A stretch of 64,000 nt of DNA, taken from the NCBI GenBank assembly GCA_012799825.1, contig JAAZKK010000073.1:798-64797 (forward strand), given 5' to 3'. Shown here in pieces: positions 8,895 through 18,648 of the stretch. The stretch is from Clostridiaceae bacterium (GTDB lineage Bacteria; Bacillota; Clostridia; Saccharofermentanales; DTU023). The translations under genes and the position numbers were made by a program. Under the pieces are notes generated by a model. The model was not told the DNA's origin. It ran no database searches and saw only the letters and a list, made by a program, of their open reading frames with translations. Position 1 is the stretch's first letter. Every line of letters starts with the position of its first letter.

Positions 8895-9983
8895 TTAAGA
8901 AGAGCGATCCTCCCTCTCGAAGGCAAGCTCAACAAGACGGCGCATCAAAGTCTCATCAGTATAACCGGCGTGTCGGAACAAGCGCGGATACATGCTGATA
9001 CTGACAAACCCGGGCATCGTGTTGATCTCGTTCAGGAGAACAACGCCTTCATTCGTTACAAAAAAATCAATACGCGCCAATCCGTACAGGTCAAGCGCGC
9101 ACCAAGCCTTTCGTGCGATCGATCGAATATCGGAGACAACCGACGCGTCAAGGTCTGCCGGAATAATCAATTCTGAGGATGAGTCCTCCTCATACTTTGA
9201 GTCGTAATCGTAGAAAGCACGGTCAGGAACAATTTCGCCAATCGGCGACAATTCAGGATCGTTGTACCCTCCAAGTCCACCGATCTCAACTTCGCGTCCC
9301 ACAGCGCCCTGTTCAACTACAACACGGCGATCAAACAGAAATGCTTTGTCTACAGCCTCTTTGAGAGCTTCCTTTGACAGGACTTTTGTAATACCAAGAG
9401 AAGATCCGCCGCGAGACGGCTTTACAAAGATCGGACATTCAAACGTCTGCGCTAAAAAATCGACGTATGCCGCCTTGTCTTGATGCCATGACATCTCATC
9501 GACATGATGCCAAGGTGTATGCGGGATTCCCTTTTGCTCGAACAATGCGCAGGCCAACACTTTGTCCATCGCGAGTGCACTTGCCGCCACACCGCACCCC
9601 ACAAAGGGAACGTGTGCCATTTCCAAAAGTCCTTGCATCGTACCGTCTTCACCGTAGCGACCGTGCATGACCGGAAAAACGCAATCGATCGGTATCGTTT
9701 CGTAGCGACCGTCCTCTTGGAAAACAACAAGTGCCGGGTTCTGCGCGTCGAGTGATAACGCGGCGCGTTTTACATAATCATCGTCGAGCCACTCGCGTTT
9801 CCGCATTCGTGAATAAGGACCGGTGTAGAGATACCAGTCCCCTTCTTTCGTGATACCGACGGTAATCGTTCTGTACTCTTCACAATGCGATAAAGCTTCG
9901 GAAATAAAGGAAGCCGACGACAACGAGATATCATGTTCACCGGACATCCCGCCAAAAATAACGAGGATCGTCTTTTTTCGCAT
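8895..9983 (-). CDS. ddl: D-alanine--D-alanine ligase
   Basis: N-terminus ILVIFGGMSGEHDISL, ATP-grasp core (FVKPSRGGSSLGI), and C-terminal ARIDFF...LNEINTMPGF. Confidence 0.9.
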   Translation of the reverse strand: MRKKTILVIFGGMSGEHDISLSSASFISEALSHCEEYRTITVGITKEGDWYLYTGPYSRMRKREWLDDDYVKRAALSLDAQNPALVVFQEDGRYETIPIDCVFPVMHGRYGEDGTMQGLLEMAHVPFVGCGVAASALAMDKVLACALFEQKGIPHTPWHHVDEMSWHQDKAAYVDFLAQTFECPIFVKPSRGGSSLGITKVLSKEALKEAVDKAFLFDRRVVVEQGAVGREVEIGGLGGYNDPELSPIGEIVPDRAFYDYDSKYEEDSSSELIIPADLDASVVSDIRSIARKAWCALDLYGLARIDFFVTNEGVVLLNEINTMPGFVSISMYPRLFRHAGYTDETLMRRLVELAFEREDRSS

Positions 9984-10033
9984 AACTCTACTTCCTCAAC
10001 ACACGTTCAATAAGACGAGTATCGACACCGACA

Positions 10034-10570
10034 TTACTCAAGCTCTTTTTTATTGCGCGTGATGTTGACGAGGATATCGGTGAGGTGATTTTCGAGATTG
10101 GTCAGCATTTCTCTTGTGTACTGAATAGCGCCTGCGCGAATCTCATTGCTCTGTCGGGTGGCATCATCAATCATCACGGCGGCGCCGTTTTTTGCCTGCT
10201 GAGTGATTTCATGCTCATCGATCATGCGAGCCATTTGCACTTCGGCATCTCTCATGATCGTATCCGCTTCACGGCGTGCTTGATTAATCAACTGTCGATT
10301 TTGCTGCAAAATCCAACGCGCGCGATCCAACTCTTCCGGCAAGCCTTCACGAATCATACGGACAAAGAAAAGCATCTCCTCCCGATCTACCATACATTTT
10401 TCGGAAAAAGGAACACCTTTAGCGTCAATCAGCGATGATTCCAATCGATCCAAAAGAGTCTCGACGCTTCGATCACGTTCCTGTTCACCGGGAAGCGGAC
10501 GGCTATCACGCATGGGTTCTTGAGGCGGTCTATCTCCATGGCCGCGACGGCGAATATTATCTTCACTCAT
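10034..10570 (-). CDS. hypothetical coiled-coil protein (conserved-looking helical protein downstream of coaD)
   Basis: I chose the ATG at 10570, which is preceded by ggagaggag; the 216-aa track ORF is a 5' over-extension. The protein has a basic/acidic N-terminus followed by a long helical region. No enzymatic motif was recognised. Confidence 0.55.
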   Translation of the reverse strand: MSEDNIRRRGHGDRPPQEPMRDSRPLPGEQERDRSVETLLDRLESSLIDAKGVPFSEKCMVDREEMLFFVRMIREGLPEELDRARWILQQNRQLINQARREADTIMRDAEVQMARMIDEHEITQQAKNGAAVMIDDATRQSNEIRAGAIQYTREMLTNLENHLTDILVNITRNKKELE

Positions 10571-10900
10571 ATGTTTTCTCCTCTCCGGCAACCTGATCTC
10601 GGAACATCGAAATGCGTTACAATCGCACTTTTCCAGTGTAGAAACACAGAGTGCTCCTGCCGGAATGCCTATATTGTACATCATCCTACAAAGATTTTAC
10701 CTTATGTTACCCTATTTTATCGATTTTACGCGGCCATCACGCGCTTTGCAAGACTCGTATAGACCTCATGGCGTGCAGGATGACGCATCAAGATCATATG
10801 CGCTAATGTTTCTTGAAATATAAGCCGCTTGTCCCGATGCTCTCTTTGTCAGCAGTGCAGATCGACAAACGATAATGACGGCGCGAATATTCAAACGACA

Positions 10901-11389
10901 TCAGGCGCGATAAGCTCTCGCAATGTCTTCTAAAATCACATCAGGCACCCATCCGCGCAAATCGCCGCCATGTCGCGCAATTTCGCGCACGGCAGATGAA
11001 GATATATGAGCCAACTCCGGAGCGGTTGGAATCATAACGGTCACCAATTCAGGATAAAGACGGCGATTGATTTCCGCCATGACCTGCTCTTCTTCGAAAT
11101 GTGCTGCGCTACGAATTCCGCGCACTGCGACGCGAATCGACTCCGCTTTACAAAAAGCGGTCAATAATCCGACACATTCTTCGACGCGAACAAACGGTAA
11201 CGGAGCGACTACTCGTGTGATCAACTCAACGCGCACATCAGCAGATAACGTCGGTCTCTTTTGACTGTTCTCACAAACGGCGACGACGACTTCATCGGCA
11301 AAAGAAAGCGCCTGTTCTACGATACGAAGATGACCCAAAGTGAATGGATCGAACGTTCCTCCGAATACGACCGTACGTTTGACGTCCAT
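10901..11389 (-). CDS. coaD: phosphopantetheine adenylyltransferase
   Basis: VVFGGTFDPFTLGHL (T/HxGH nucleotidyltransferase motif), 162 aa, and the ISSSAVREI motif. Confidence 0.9.
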   Translation of the reverse strand: MDVKRTVVFGGTFDPFTLGHLRIVEQALSFADEVVVAVCENSQKRPTLSADVRVELITRVVAPLPFVRVEECVGLLTAFCKAESIRVAVRGIRSAAHFEEEQVMAEINRRLYPELVTVMIPTAPELAHISSSAVREIARHGGDLRGWVPDVILEDIARAYRA

Positions 11390-11395
11390 CTTGCT

Positions 11396-11986
11396 TTACC
11401 TTTCGCTTTCCGTCTTCTTTTCAGATTCTGTATCAGAATGATAAAAGGATAGCACGGTGAGACCGTACGTACAACGCTCAAAGCACGGCACACCTGCGCT
11501 GTCAAATGATATTGGCTCTTTTTTTCTGCTGCTTTCCAAAACGATCAAACCGCCCGGCTTAGAAAGCTTTGCCAGAGTAGGAAAAAGAGACGACATATGT
11601 TCACTTTCAAACGACCATGGCGGATCACAGTAAATGAGATCAAATCGCTCCTGATCGTTAAGCAAGCGCGATGTGACGCGATAAACATCGCCCGGTATAA
11701 CGACGGCCTGTTCTGAAAAGCGTGTCTTCTCGATGTTGTGTCGTATTGCAGCAAGTGCTTCTCGATGGCGTTCCACGAGAACAGCTTTCTTGGCGCCTCG
11801 CGAGAGCGCTTCAAGCGCAATTTGGCCTGTGCCGGCAAAAAGATCGAGCACCACCGCATCAATAATGCGATGACCTATTTTTGAAAAGAGAGCCTCTTTC
11901 GCCCGATCGGACGTTGGGCGTATGATCTCTCCTTTCGGCACATAAAGGTGAATGCCTCGAGCTGATCCGGTGATGATTCTAGGCAT
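11396..11986 (-). CDS. rsmD: 16S rRNA (guanine966-N2)-methyltransferase RsmD
   Basis: Starts MPRIITGSARG at the ATG at 11986. Carries the SAM motif VLDLFAGTGQIALEALSRGA and the DPPW motif (IYCDPPW). It lies in the conserved rsmD-coaD pair downstream of recG. Confidence 0.85.
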   Translation of the reverse strand: MPRIITGSARGIHLYVPKGEIIRPTSDRAKEALFSKIGHRIIDAVVLDLFAGTGQIALEALSRGAKKAVLVERHREALAAIRHNIEKTRFSEQAVVIPGDVYRVTSRLLNDQERFDLIYCDPPWSFESEHMSSLFPTLAKLSKPGGLIVLESSRKKEPISFDSAGVPCFERCTYGLTVLSFYHSDTESEKKTESER

Positions 11987-11996
11987 ATGATTCCTT

Positions 11997-14078
11997 TCAA
12001 ATTCCCGGGCGTGCGAGGCGGTCGCCGTACCGTTCACGAAATGCGCGGATAACGCACGCGTTCTTCGATGAACTGAGGAGAGGATCTTCTAAGAAAAGCT
12101 CATCGCAAGCCGCAGACGCTTCACGCAACAACACCGCGTCTTCGTAAAGATTGGCGACCTTGAAATCGGGTAGTCCGTGTTGCTCAACACCGAAAAAATC
12201 GCCCGGACCACGCAGCAGCAGATCTTCCTCCGCGATCTCGAAGCCATCATGACTTCTGCAAAGCGCGCGAAGCCTGCGCCTGACGAGAGGATCGTCACTG
12301 TCACTTACCAGCACACAGAATGACGGAAGTGACGATCGTCCGACGCGCCCGCGCAGCTGATGCAGCTGCGACAAGCCGAACCGCTCGGCATTCTCAACAA
12401 TAAGCAGCGTCGCGCGAGGCTGATCGATGCCGACTTCGATCACTGTCGTCGAAACAAGAATATCAATCTTGCCCTCCGAGAAAGCTTTCATCACCGCTTT
12501 TTTCTCGGCAGGCTTCAATCGGCCGTGCATCAGTCCGACAGCATAATCCGGAAAAACATCGCGTGAAAGACGTCGATACGTTTCCTCTGCGGAACGAAGA
12601 TTAATCTCCTCGCTGACATCGATCGACGGACAGACGACATAAACTTGATGCGACGCGTCAACTTCCCTTCTGATGAGGCGTTCGACGCGCGGACGGTCAT
12701 TTTCGCGTGCTGTATACGTCTTGACAGCCTGACGTCCTTTCGGCATGTCCTTCATGATTGAAATGTCGAGATCGCCATATAAAACCATGGCAAGTGTCCG
12801 AGGTATCGGCGTCGCGGACATAACAAGCACATGCGGTTCGAAAGGCGAAGAATCGGTATCCGTCAGTCGCAGACGCTGACTTACGCCGAAGCGGTGTTGC
12901 TCATCCGTTACGCAGAGTCCCAAGCGCTTAAAGACGACGTTCTCATTCAGGACAGCATGTGTTCCGATGAGAATATCAATGCAGCCGCGGGCAAGTTCCT
13001 CTTGCAAACGTCTTCGCCTTGCGGGCGGTACACTCCCGGTAAGGAGCGCGACCGTGAGGCCGCTTCCTTCCAACAAGGAAGCGATGGTATCGGCATGCTG
13101 GTGTGCCAATATAGACGTCGGTGCCATTAGAACCGCCTGATAGCCGCACCAGCAGACGGCGGCCATGGCAATCGCGGCAACGACCGTTTTCCCCGAACCG
13201 ACATCACCTTCGATCAAGCGATTTGACGGAATCTTTTTGGAATAATCGTTGAGAATGTCGCGCAAAGCATTGATTTGAGAGGGCGTGAGTTCGAAAGGCA
13301 ACTTCTCGATTGTCTCCTTTAGGCGCTCTTTGCACGTTTCATTCAAAGTCATGTGGGGACCTTTTATGTTGGCGCGTCCGGCTTTCAGTGCTCGAAGTAC
13401 CGCGACAACCAGAAACAATTCCTCAAATGCCAGCCTTCGGTGCGCAATCGCGATGTCGTGCTGACTTTCAGGAAAATGGATGCGTCGCAACGCGAATTCA
13501 GCCGTCGCAAGACGACTAGAAATACGTACCGATGCCGGAAGACTCTCATCGATACGAAGACGAGGATCTTCTAAAGCGGCGGCTACCGCTTTTCGGATGA
13601 CAGACACCGTAAGACCCTCCGTCAAAGGATAAATCGGCTCAAAAGGGACGGGATCGTCATCGTCACGGATCTCGGGATTCATGAATTGGCGATGGTTGCC
13701 TTTCGCTTCGATCTTTCCTCGAAAAAGAAAAGACTTACCGCGCGCCAATTTATCTTGTAACCACGGCTGGTTAAACCAGATCGTATTGATCGCGCCGGAA
13801 CGGTCTGCAAGTCGCGAACGTATCCACGATAATTTTCCGCGGCGCCGAAGAGACGGAACGGTCGTGGGCGCGGCTTGGACGACACAGATCTCTCCTTCTT
13901 TTAGCTGACTTATCGGCACAGGCGAAGACCAATCGGCATACGTTCGCGGGATAAGCCACAGAAGATCGCGCACCGTTTCGATGCCAAGCTTTTTCAGAAG
14001 GCGCGAGCGCGCTATTGAAATGCCCGGAAGGATTGTGACCGGTTCGTCGATGAAGCTAGGCACTTTTAAATCAGACAC
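11997..14078 (-). CDS. recG: ATP-dependent DNA helicase RecG
   Basis: Helicase motifs GDVGSGKT and DEQHRFG, plus QLHQLRGRVGR. The start is uncertain: a GTG at 14078 (aaggaag SD, overlaps the nth stop) or an ATG at 14120. Confidence 0.9.
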   Translation of the reverse strand: MSDLKVPSFIDEPVTILPGISIARSRLLKKLGIETVRDLLWLIPRTYADWSSPVPISQLKEGEICVVQAAPTTVPSLRRRGKLSWIRSRLADRSGAINTIWFNQPWLQDKLARGKSFLFRGKIEAKGNHRQFMNPEIRDDDDPVPFEPIYPLTEGLTVSVIRKAVAAALEDPRLRIDESLPASVRISSRLATAEFALRRIHFPESQHDIAIAHRRLAFEELFLVVAVLRALKAGRANIKGPHMTLNETCKERLKETIEKLPFELTPSQINALRDILNDYSKKIPSNRLIEGDVGSGKTVVAAIAMAAVCWCGYQAVLMAPTSILAHQHADTIASLLEGSGLTVALLTGSVPPARRRRLQEELARGCIDILIGTHAVLNENVVFKRLGLCVTDEQHRFGVSQRLRLTDTDSSPFEPHVLVMSATPIPRTLAMVLYGDLDISIMKDMPKGRQAVKTYTARENDRPRVERLIRREVDASHQVYVVCPSIDVSEEINLRSAEETYRRLSRDVFPDYAVGLMHGRLKPAEKKAVMKAFSEGKIDILVSTTVIEVGIDQPRATLLIVENAERFGLSQLHQLRGRVGRSSLPSFCVLVSDSDDPLVRRRLRALCRSHDGFEIAEEDLLLRGPGDFFGVEQHGLPDFKVANLYEDAVLLREASAACDELFLEDPLLSSSKNACVIRAFRERYGDRLARPGI

Positions 14079-14754
14079 AGTCGTCTTCCTTTTTGTCGGA
14101 AGCGTCGACAGCGGTGCCATACTGACAAAGATCACGTATACCGCATGAAAAGCAACGACGACACCTGGCTCGACATACCTCTCGCCCATGAGATACCATC
14201 AAGTGCCCCCAGCGCGTGCGCTCGTTTTCAGGTACTACGCTCAGAAGATCGCGTTCAACGGCAAGAGGATCATCGGATGTCGTGAACCCCATCAATTTCG
14301 CAAGTCGTTTGCAGTGTGTGTCAACAACAATTTCTTGCTGTCCAAACGCGTCACCGAGCATCAGATTCGCGATTTTACGTCCTATACCGGGAAGTTCCAG
14401 TAAAGCTTCCCTCGTCTCGGGAATACGACCGTCGAAGCGTTCTATGATCATAGACGCGCTGCCCTTGATGGCGCGAGCCTTGTTTCGAAACAAACCGCAA
14501 CTTCGGATAATAGGCTCTATATCCGACAATTCGGCCTCTGCTGCGCTTTGAATATCTGGAAAACGATCAAATAACTCGGGCGTTATCTTGTTGACGCGCT
14601 CATCCGTACACTGCGCCGCGAGAATAGCGCCGACCATTAACGCCCATGGCGATTCAAAATCGAGCGTGCACGACGCATCGGGATATTCCGCCGAAAGCCG
14701 CTCGACAATCGCTTTCGCGCGTTTGGCATCTGTAAGGTTATTGATAGAGGTCAA
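14071..14754 (-). CDS. nth: endonuclease III (DNA-(apurinic/apyrimidinic site) lyase)
   Basis: HhH-GPD core (LLELPGIGRKIANLML, VVDTHCKRL) and a C-terminal Cys cluster (4Fe-4S type). The favoured start is the TTG at 14754, with gaggag 5 nt upstream and overlapping the upstream stop; the track start is 14778. Confidence 0.85.
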   Translation of the reverse strand: MTSINNLTDAKRAKAIVERLSAEYPDASCTLDFESPWALMVGAILAAQCTDERVNKITPELFDRFPDIQSAAEAELSDIEPIIRSCGLFRNKARAIKGSASMIIERFDGRIPETREALLELPGIGRKIANLMLGDAFGQQEIVVDTHCKRLAKLMGFTTSDDPLAVERDLLSVVPENERTRWGHLMVSHGREVCRARCRRCFSCGIRDLCQYGTAVDASDKKEDDCV

Positions 14755-16118
14755 GGCTGCTCCTCTCTGAGATAACAAGACAACGTCAATGTGCGTTTTT
14801 CTGACGGGCGATACGCCTTGATCTCCACATGGCCTCCAACAATTTGCGATTCCATAAAAAGAATAAGATCGTTGAGACTGACCATTCTCTGATTGTTCAG
14901 ACTTAAGAGAATGTCACCGTTTGAGAGACCGGCAGTATATGCCGGACTTTCCGACTTGACACGCGCAATATAAAGGCCGTCAGGATAATCCATTCGCTCT
15001 CGAATCTTATCGTAATCTTCATCGCCCATAACGACAATCCCGAAGGACGCTTTTTGGGGCTCGTCCGGCATCCGATTCACCCGCGCGTTAATCTGTCGGA
15101 TCACGTCCAATACAACCGGAGACGGGACGGCGTATCCTTGATTCTGATAATAAACGCGCTTTAGGTACCCTGTTGTGATGCCAACGACCTCTCCTTGCGT
15201 ATTGAGCAAAGGCCCGCCGGCGTAATGTTGCAAAGTGGGAATATCGGTTTCTAAAAGCCCTACCGGTGAGCCGTCTTCCTGATAGATGGTCTTATAAACG
15301 GAGGTCACATAGCCTACTGAAAGTCCGCCCCGCGCGATCAAATCAGAAGGATAGCCAACACTGTAAACGGTCGAACCAACGATTGACAAATACTCTTTCG
15401 AGAGCGGCGCAGCCTCAAAGAGAATCCCGTCCGGATTCGTAATCCTAAGCAAAGCCAGATCAGTAATGGGGTGGACGCCTATCAACGTCGCTTCAAAAGC
15501 TTTCGGATAACTGGGCACGCATATGCTGATGGATGTACCGCGAATTAGATTGCCGCGGTAATCAAGAGCCGGCTCTAGGAGACTGTACGTCGTGACGACG
15601 GTACCGACAGGCTCAACCATTAGTCCCGAAAACAGTTCTTCGCGTTGTTCGTACAATTGAGTTTTCGGAATGACCACGCGGATCGACAAAACCGAGGGGA
15701 CAATCATCTCAAAGATCTGTTGCAAAGGCACTTCGAGCTCGGTAGGAAGGGACGGCAACGTCGGTATTGACGATGGGTCAACTGATGGGTCGGTCGTCTC
15801 CATCGGGTTCGAAGTTGTCGTAGAAGTAGAAGGTTCAGACGGCGTCGTTGCAACTGAAGGCTCTGTGGCGGTCGGTGTCGTGCTGCTCGCCGTCGTAACG
15901 GGATCAGGCTCCGATTCATAAGTGACTATGTGGCGCTCTGTTTTTGTCTCGATGCTTTCCGAGCTTTCCGACACAAAAGCCGACGGATCAGAAACGGCAT
16001 TCATTGTACCGCTCTCTTTGGGATCATCTTTCGGCAGACAACCTGTCTGCACCGCCGAAAAGATCATCACTGCTGACGCCAGAGAACAAGCTATCCGCAA
16101 CAAACGTCGTTCTTTCAT
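14751..16118 (-). CDS. HtrA/DegP-like trypsin-fold + PDZ protein, membrane- or lipid-anchored; catalytic His and Ser are not conserved (see findings)
   Basis: N-terminal anchor LLRIACSLASAVMIFSAVQTGC, a Ser/Thr/Pro linker, a trypsin-2-like core (TDLALLRI, ETD....YAGGPLLNTQGEVVGITTG) and a C-terminal PDZ (GLYIARVKSESPAYTAGLSNGDILLSLN). The ATG at 16118 is preferred over the TTG at 16175. Confidence 0.8.
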   Translation of the reverse strand: MKERRLLRIACSLASAVMIFSAVQTGCLPKDDPKESGTMNAVSDPSAFVSESSESIETKTERHIVTYESEPDPVTTASSTTPTATEPSVATTPSEPSTSTTTSNPMETTDPSVDPSSIPTLPSLPTELEVPLQQIFEMIVPSVLSIRVVIPKTQLYEQREELFSGLMVEPVGTVVTTYSLLEPALDYRGNLIRGTSISICVPSYPKAFEATLIGVHPITDLALLRITNPDGILFEAAPLSKEYLSIVGSTVYSVGYPSDLIARGGLSVGYVTSVYKTIYQEDGSPVGLLETDIPTLQHYAGGPLLNTQGEVVGITTGYLKRVYYQNQGYAVPSPVVLDVIRQINARVNRMPDEPQKASFGIVVMGDEDYDKIRERMDYPDGLYIARVKSESPAYTAGLSNGDILLSLNNQRMVSLNDLILFMESQIVGGHVEIKAYRPSEKRTLTLSCYLREEQP

Positions 16119-16365
16119 CCTGCGCCTATGCTCCTTCAGTGAACTGTTTTCCCTATTTCGGGATCTCACTCTCAATGATCACAATCTGAGAATGTCTCAT
16201 TTAAGGTAGCCATCCTTTCATCGCACTGATCGCGATGAACCTTAATATCTCCGTCAATTTTACGCATTGCACGTGACTATATTGTGAACGAAAAAGCAAA
16301 CCTCCGCAATACTTCCGCTACTCACAAGCTTTTCTTACTCCTTTGTTTGAACACACACCATCTTA

Positions 16366-17910
16366 TTAAAGCCGCGACAAAGTAAAGCGGATCATTGCGC
16401 CGCCCAGCTCATCGGAGTTCGAGGCTTCAATCGTTTCTCCATGTCTTCGAATGATCGATCGCGCAATATAGAGTCCCAGTCCGGAACCTTCTGATTGACG
16501 CGATTTATCGGCTTTATAGAAACGATCAAAAACATAATCAAGGTCTTTTTTCTGAAATCCCGGACCGTTGTCAATCACCAAGACTTCAACGGAACGCGAG
16601 TGGATCACGGTGCGAATCATGACGATTCCGCCTTTGGGCGCGAAACGGATCGCGTTAGCGACGATGTTATTCAGTACTCTTGTAAGCTGTTCTTCATCGC
16701 CAAGCACGCGTGCGCGCGAATCCGAGGAGTCATCCGGATCGAGAATGAGGTGGATATTTTTCTCGCGTGCCATCGGCTCAAACGATCCCGCTACGCTCTC
16801 GATCCATTTGTGAAGATCAAAGACGTCCTTTCTGAGCGCCTTTTCATCCATGGCATGCGCTTGCTCGAAGAGGGCGTTCAGCAACTTCTGAAGCCGATTC
16901 GTTTCATCTTTGAGGATATTAAGACTATGTTCATATTGTTCGGGAGGAATCGTGCCGTCGCGCATCCCTTCCACAAAACCGGCGATGGACGTCGCCGGAG
17001 TGCGCAAGTCGTGTGACACATTGCTTAAAAATTCAGAGTGGAGCTTTTCTCTTTCTTCAAACTGCGCGATCAAAGTGTTGAAAGTCCTAACGAGGCGTGT
17101 CAGATCGTCTTCTTTCATATGCGGCTCGGTTTCGCCTTCCCGCCGGTCGTGCTCTTCCAATTTATCAAGCATCGGCGCGCTCTTGTCGCGACCTATTTCA
17201 ACACGTGCCGAAAGATTCCCTTGGTATACTTCGTTCGCCGTTTTAGCTAACAGAGAGATGGGGTGCGTGATGTTTCGGGAAAGCCAGAGAATGATCAAAA
17301 GAGAGAGTACATAAGCGATTGAAAACGAGAGCGGCACATTGTTGTCCAGCAAAAAACCGACGACGCTCAAAGGACGATACGACTTCATGAGCAGAACTTC
17401 GCCGGAGTAGCTGTCCCCGTATGTGTCGATGGGAGCACTTGAGATCAACCAAGACGAGGCGTTCGGCAGATACGGATTGAAAACCGTTTTGTCGGCAGTT
17501 TGGCAGTAAATCGCACGCACCGTATTCCGCGTCTCTTCGGGCAGTTGGTAATCACCCGTGCCGCCATCTTCTCTTGAAAGGAGCGCCATGGTTTCGCTCG
17601 GCATACCGGTGTGGTAAATAATGCAGCCGTTGGCGTTGACGACCCAGACAAAGGCACCGGTCGAACGCGTAGCAAAGGAAAGATATCCCGTAATATCCGA
17701 GCTTGTAAACGTCAGACGCTGATCATCCATCCTTCGTGCACTTAACTCAGAGAGCGCGACGGCGTTTCGTCTTAGCTCCTCGCGGCGCTGCTCATTCGAT
17801 GAAATACTGTATACCGATCCATAAACAAGCGCGAGCACAACGAAAATCGCAAGAATCGCGATCGAAATCGTCAGGATCGTTCGCGCGTAAATAGAAAGGC
17901 GGGGTTTCAC
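16366..17910 (-). CDS. sensor histidine kinase (two TM helices, extracytoplasmic domain, HAMP, HisKA, HATPase_c)
   Basis: H-box SNVSHDLRTPATSI, N-box NNIVANAIRF, and G-boxes DNGPGF / GSGLGLYIA. The GTG start overlaps the regulator stop. Confidence 0.85.
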   Translation of the reverse strand: MKPRLSIYARTILTISIAILAIFVVLALVYGSVYSISSNEQRREELRRNAVALSELSARRMDDQRLTFTSSDITGYLSFATRSTGAFVWVVNANGCIIYHTGMPSETMALLSREDGGTGDYQLPEETRNTVRAIYCQTADKTVFNPYLPNASSWLISSAPIDTYGDSYSGEVLLMKSYRPLSVVGFLLDNNVPLSFSIAYVLSLLIILWLSRNITHPISLLAKTANEVYQGNLSARVEIGRDKSAPMLDKLEEHDRREGETEPHMKEDDLTRLVRTFNTLIAQFEEREKLHSEFLSNVSHDLRTPATSIAGFVEGMRDGTIPPEQYEHSLNILKDETNRLQKLLNALFEQAHAMDEKALRKDVFDLHKWIESVAGSFEPMAREKNIHLILDPDDSSDSRARVLGDEEQLTRVLNNIVANAIRFAPKGGIVMIRTVIHSRSVEVLVIDNGPGFQKKDLDYVFDRFYKADKSRQSEGSGLGLYIARSIIRRHGETIEASNSDELGGAMIRFTLSRL

Positions 17911-18635
17911 GAATCGAGTTCTTCTTTCAATTCAAATTTATACCCGATGCTCCATACCGTTTTAATCTGCCATAACGGATGGTCAATCATATCGAGTTTC
18001 TCTCGAATCCGCTTGATGTGAACGTCGACGGTCCGGGGCTCGCCGTAAAAATCAATGCCCCAAATATGCTCTAAAATCTGGTCGCGAGTGAAAACGCGGT
18101 TGGGATGTGAGGCAAGGAAAAATAAAAGCTCCAGTTCCTTTGGCGGCATATCGATCTCTTCGCCGCCGATGCGAGCCGTATAGCGTGAGCGATCCACTAC
18201 AAGACCGGGAAGCTCCACCACATCATCTGAAAGGTGGTCTTTATCGTGACGCAACGTATCGTGTTCGTTGACTCGCCGGAGCACAGCTTTCACGCGCGCA
18301 AGTAGCTCTTTCGGCTCAAACGGCTTTAAGATATAGTCGTCGGCGCCCAATTCAAGCCCAACGACCTTGTCCAGCGTATCGCCTCTTGCCGTCAACATGA
18401 TGACCGGCACGTTCGATATGCGCCGCAAAGCGCGCATGACATCAAATCCGCTCATGCCCGGCAGCATTAAATCCAAGATAATGATATCCGGCTGAAAAGA
18501 TCGCACAGTCGAAATGACAGCATCGCCCGTATAGCAGGACGTCACTTCAAATCCATCCTTCTCAAAATAAAGTTTTAAAAGCTCACTGATGTGAAGATCA
18601 TCATCGACCACCAGTACGCGTCGTTTACGGTTCAT
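17907..18635 (-). CDS. OmpR/PhoB-family response regulator
   Basis: Receiver domain (VLVVDDD ... IIILDLMLPGMSG ... ILKPF) and a winged-helix C-terminus (VWSIGYKF). Confidence 0.9.
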   Translation of the reverse strand: MNRKRRVLVVDDDLHISELLKLYFEKDGFEVTSCYTGDAVISTVRSFQPDIIILDLMLPGMSGFDVMRALRRISNVPVIMLTARGDTLDKVVGLELGADDYILKPFEPKELLARVKAVLRRVNEHDTLRHDKDHLSDDVVELPGLVVDRSRYTARIGGEEIDMPPKELELLFFLASHPNRVFTRDQILEHIWGIDFYGEPRTVDVHIKRIREKLDMIDHPLWQIKTVWSIGYKFELKEELDS

Positions 18636-18648
18636 CGCAGCCTACCTT

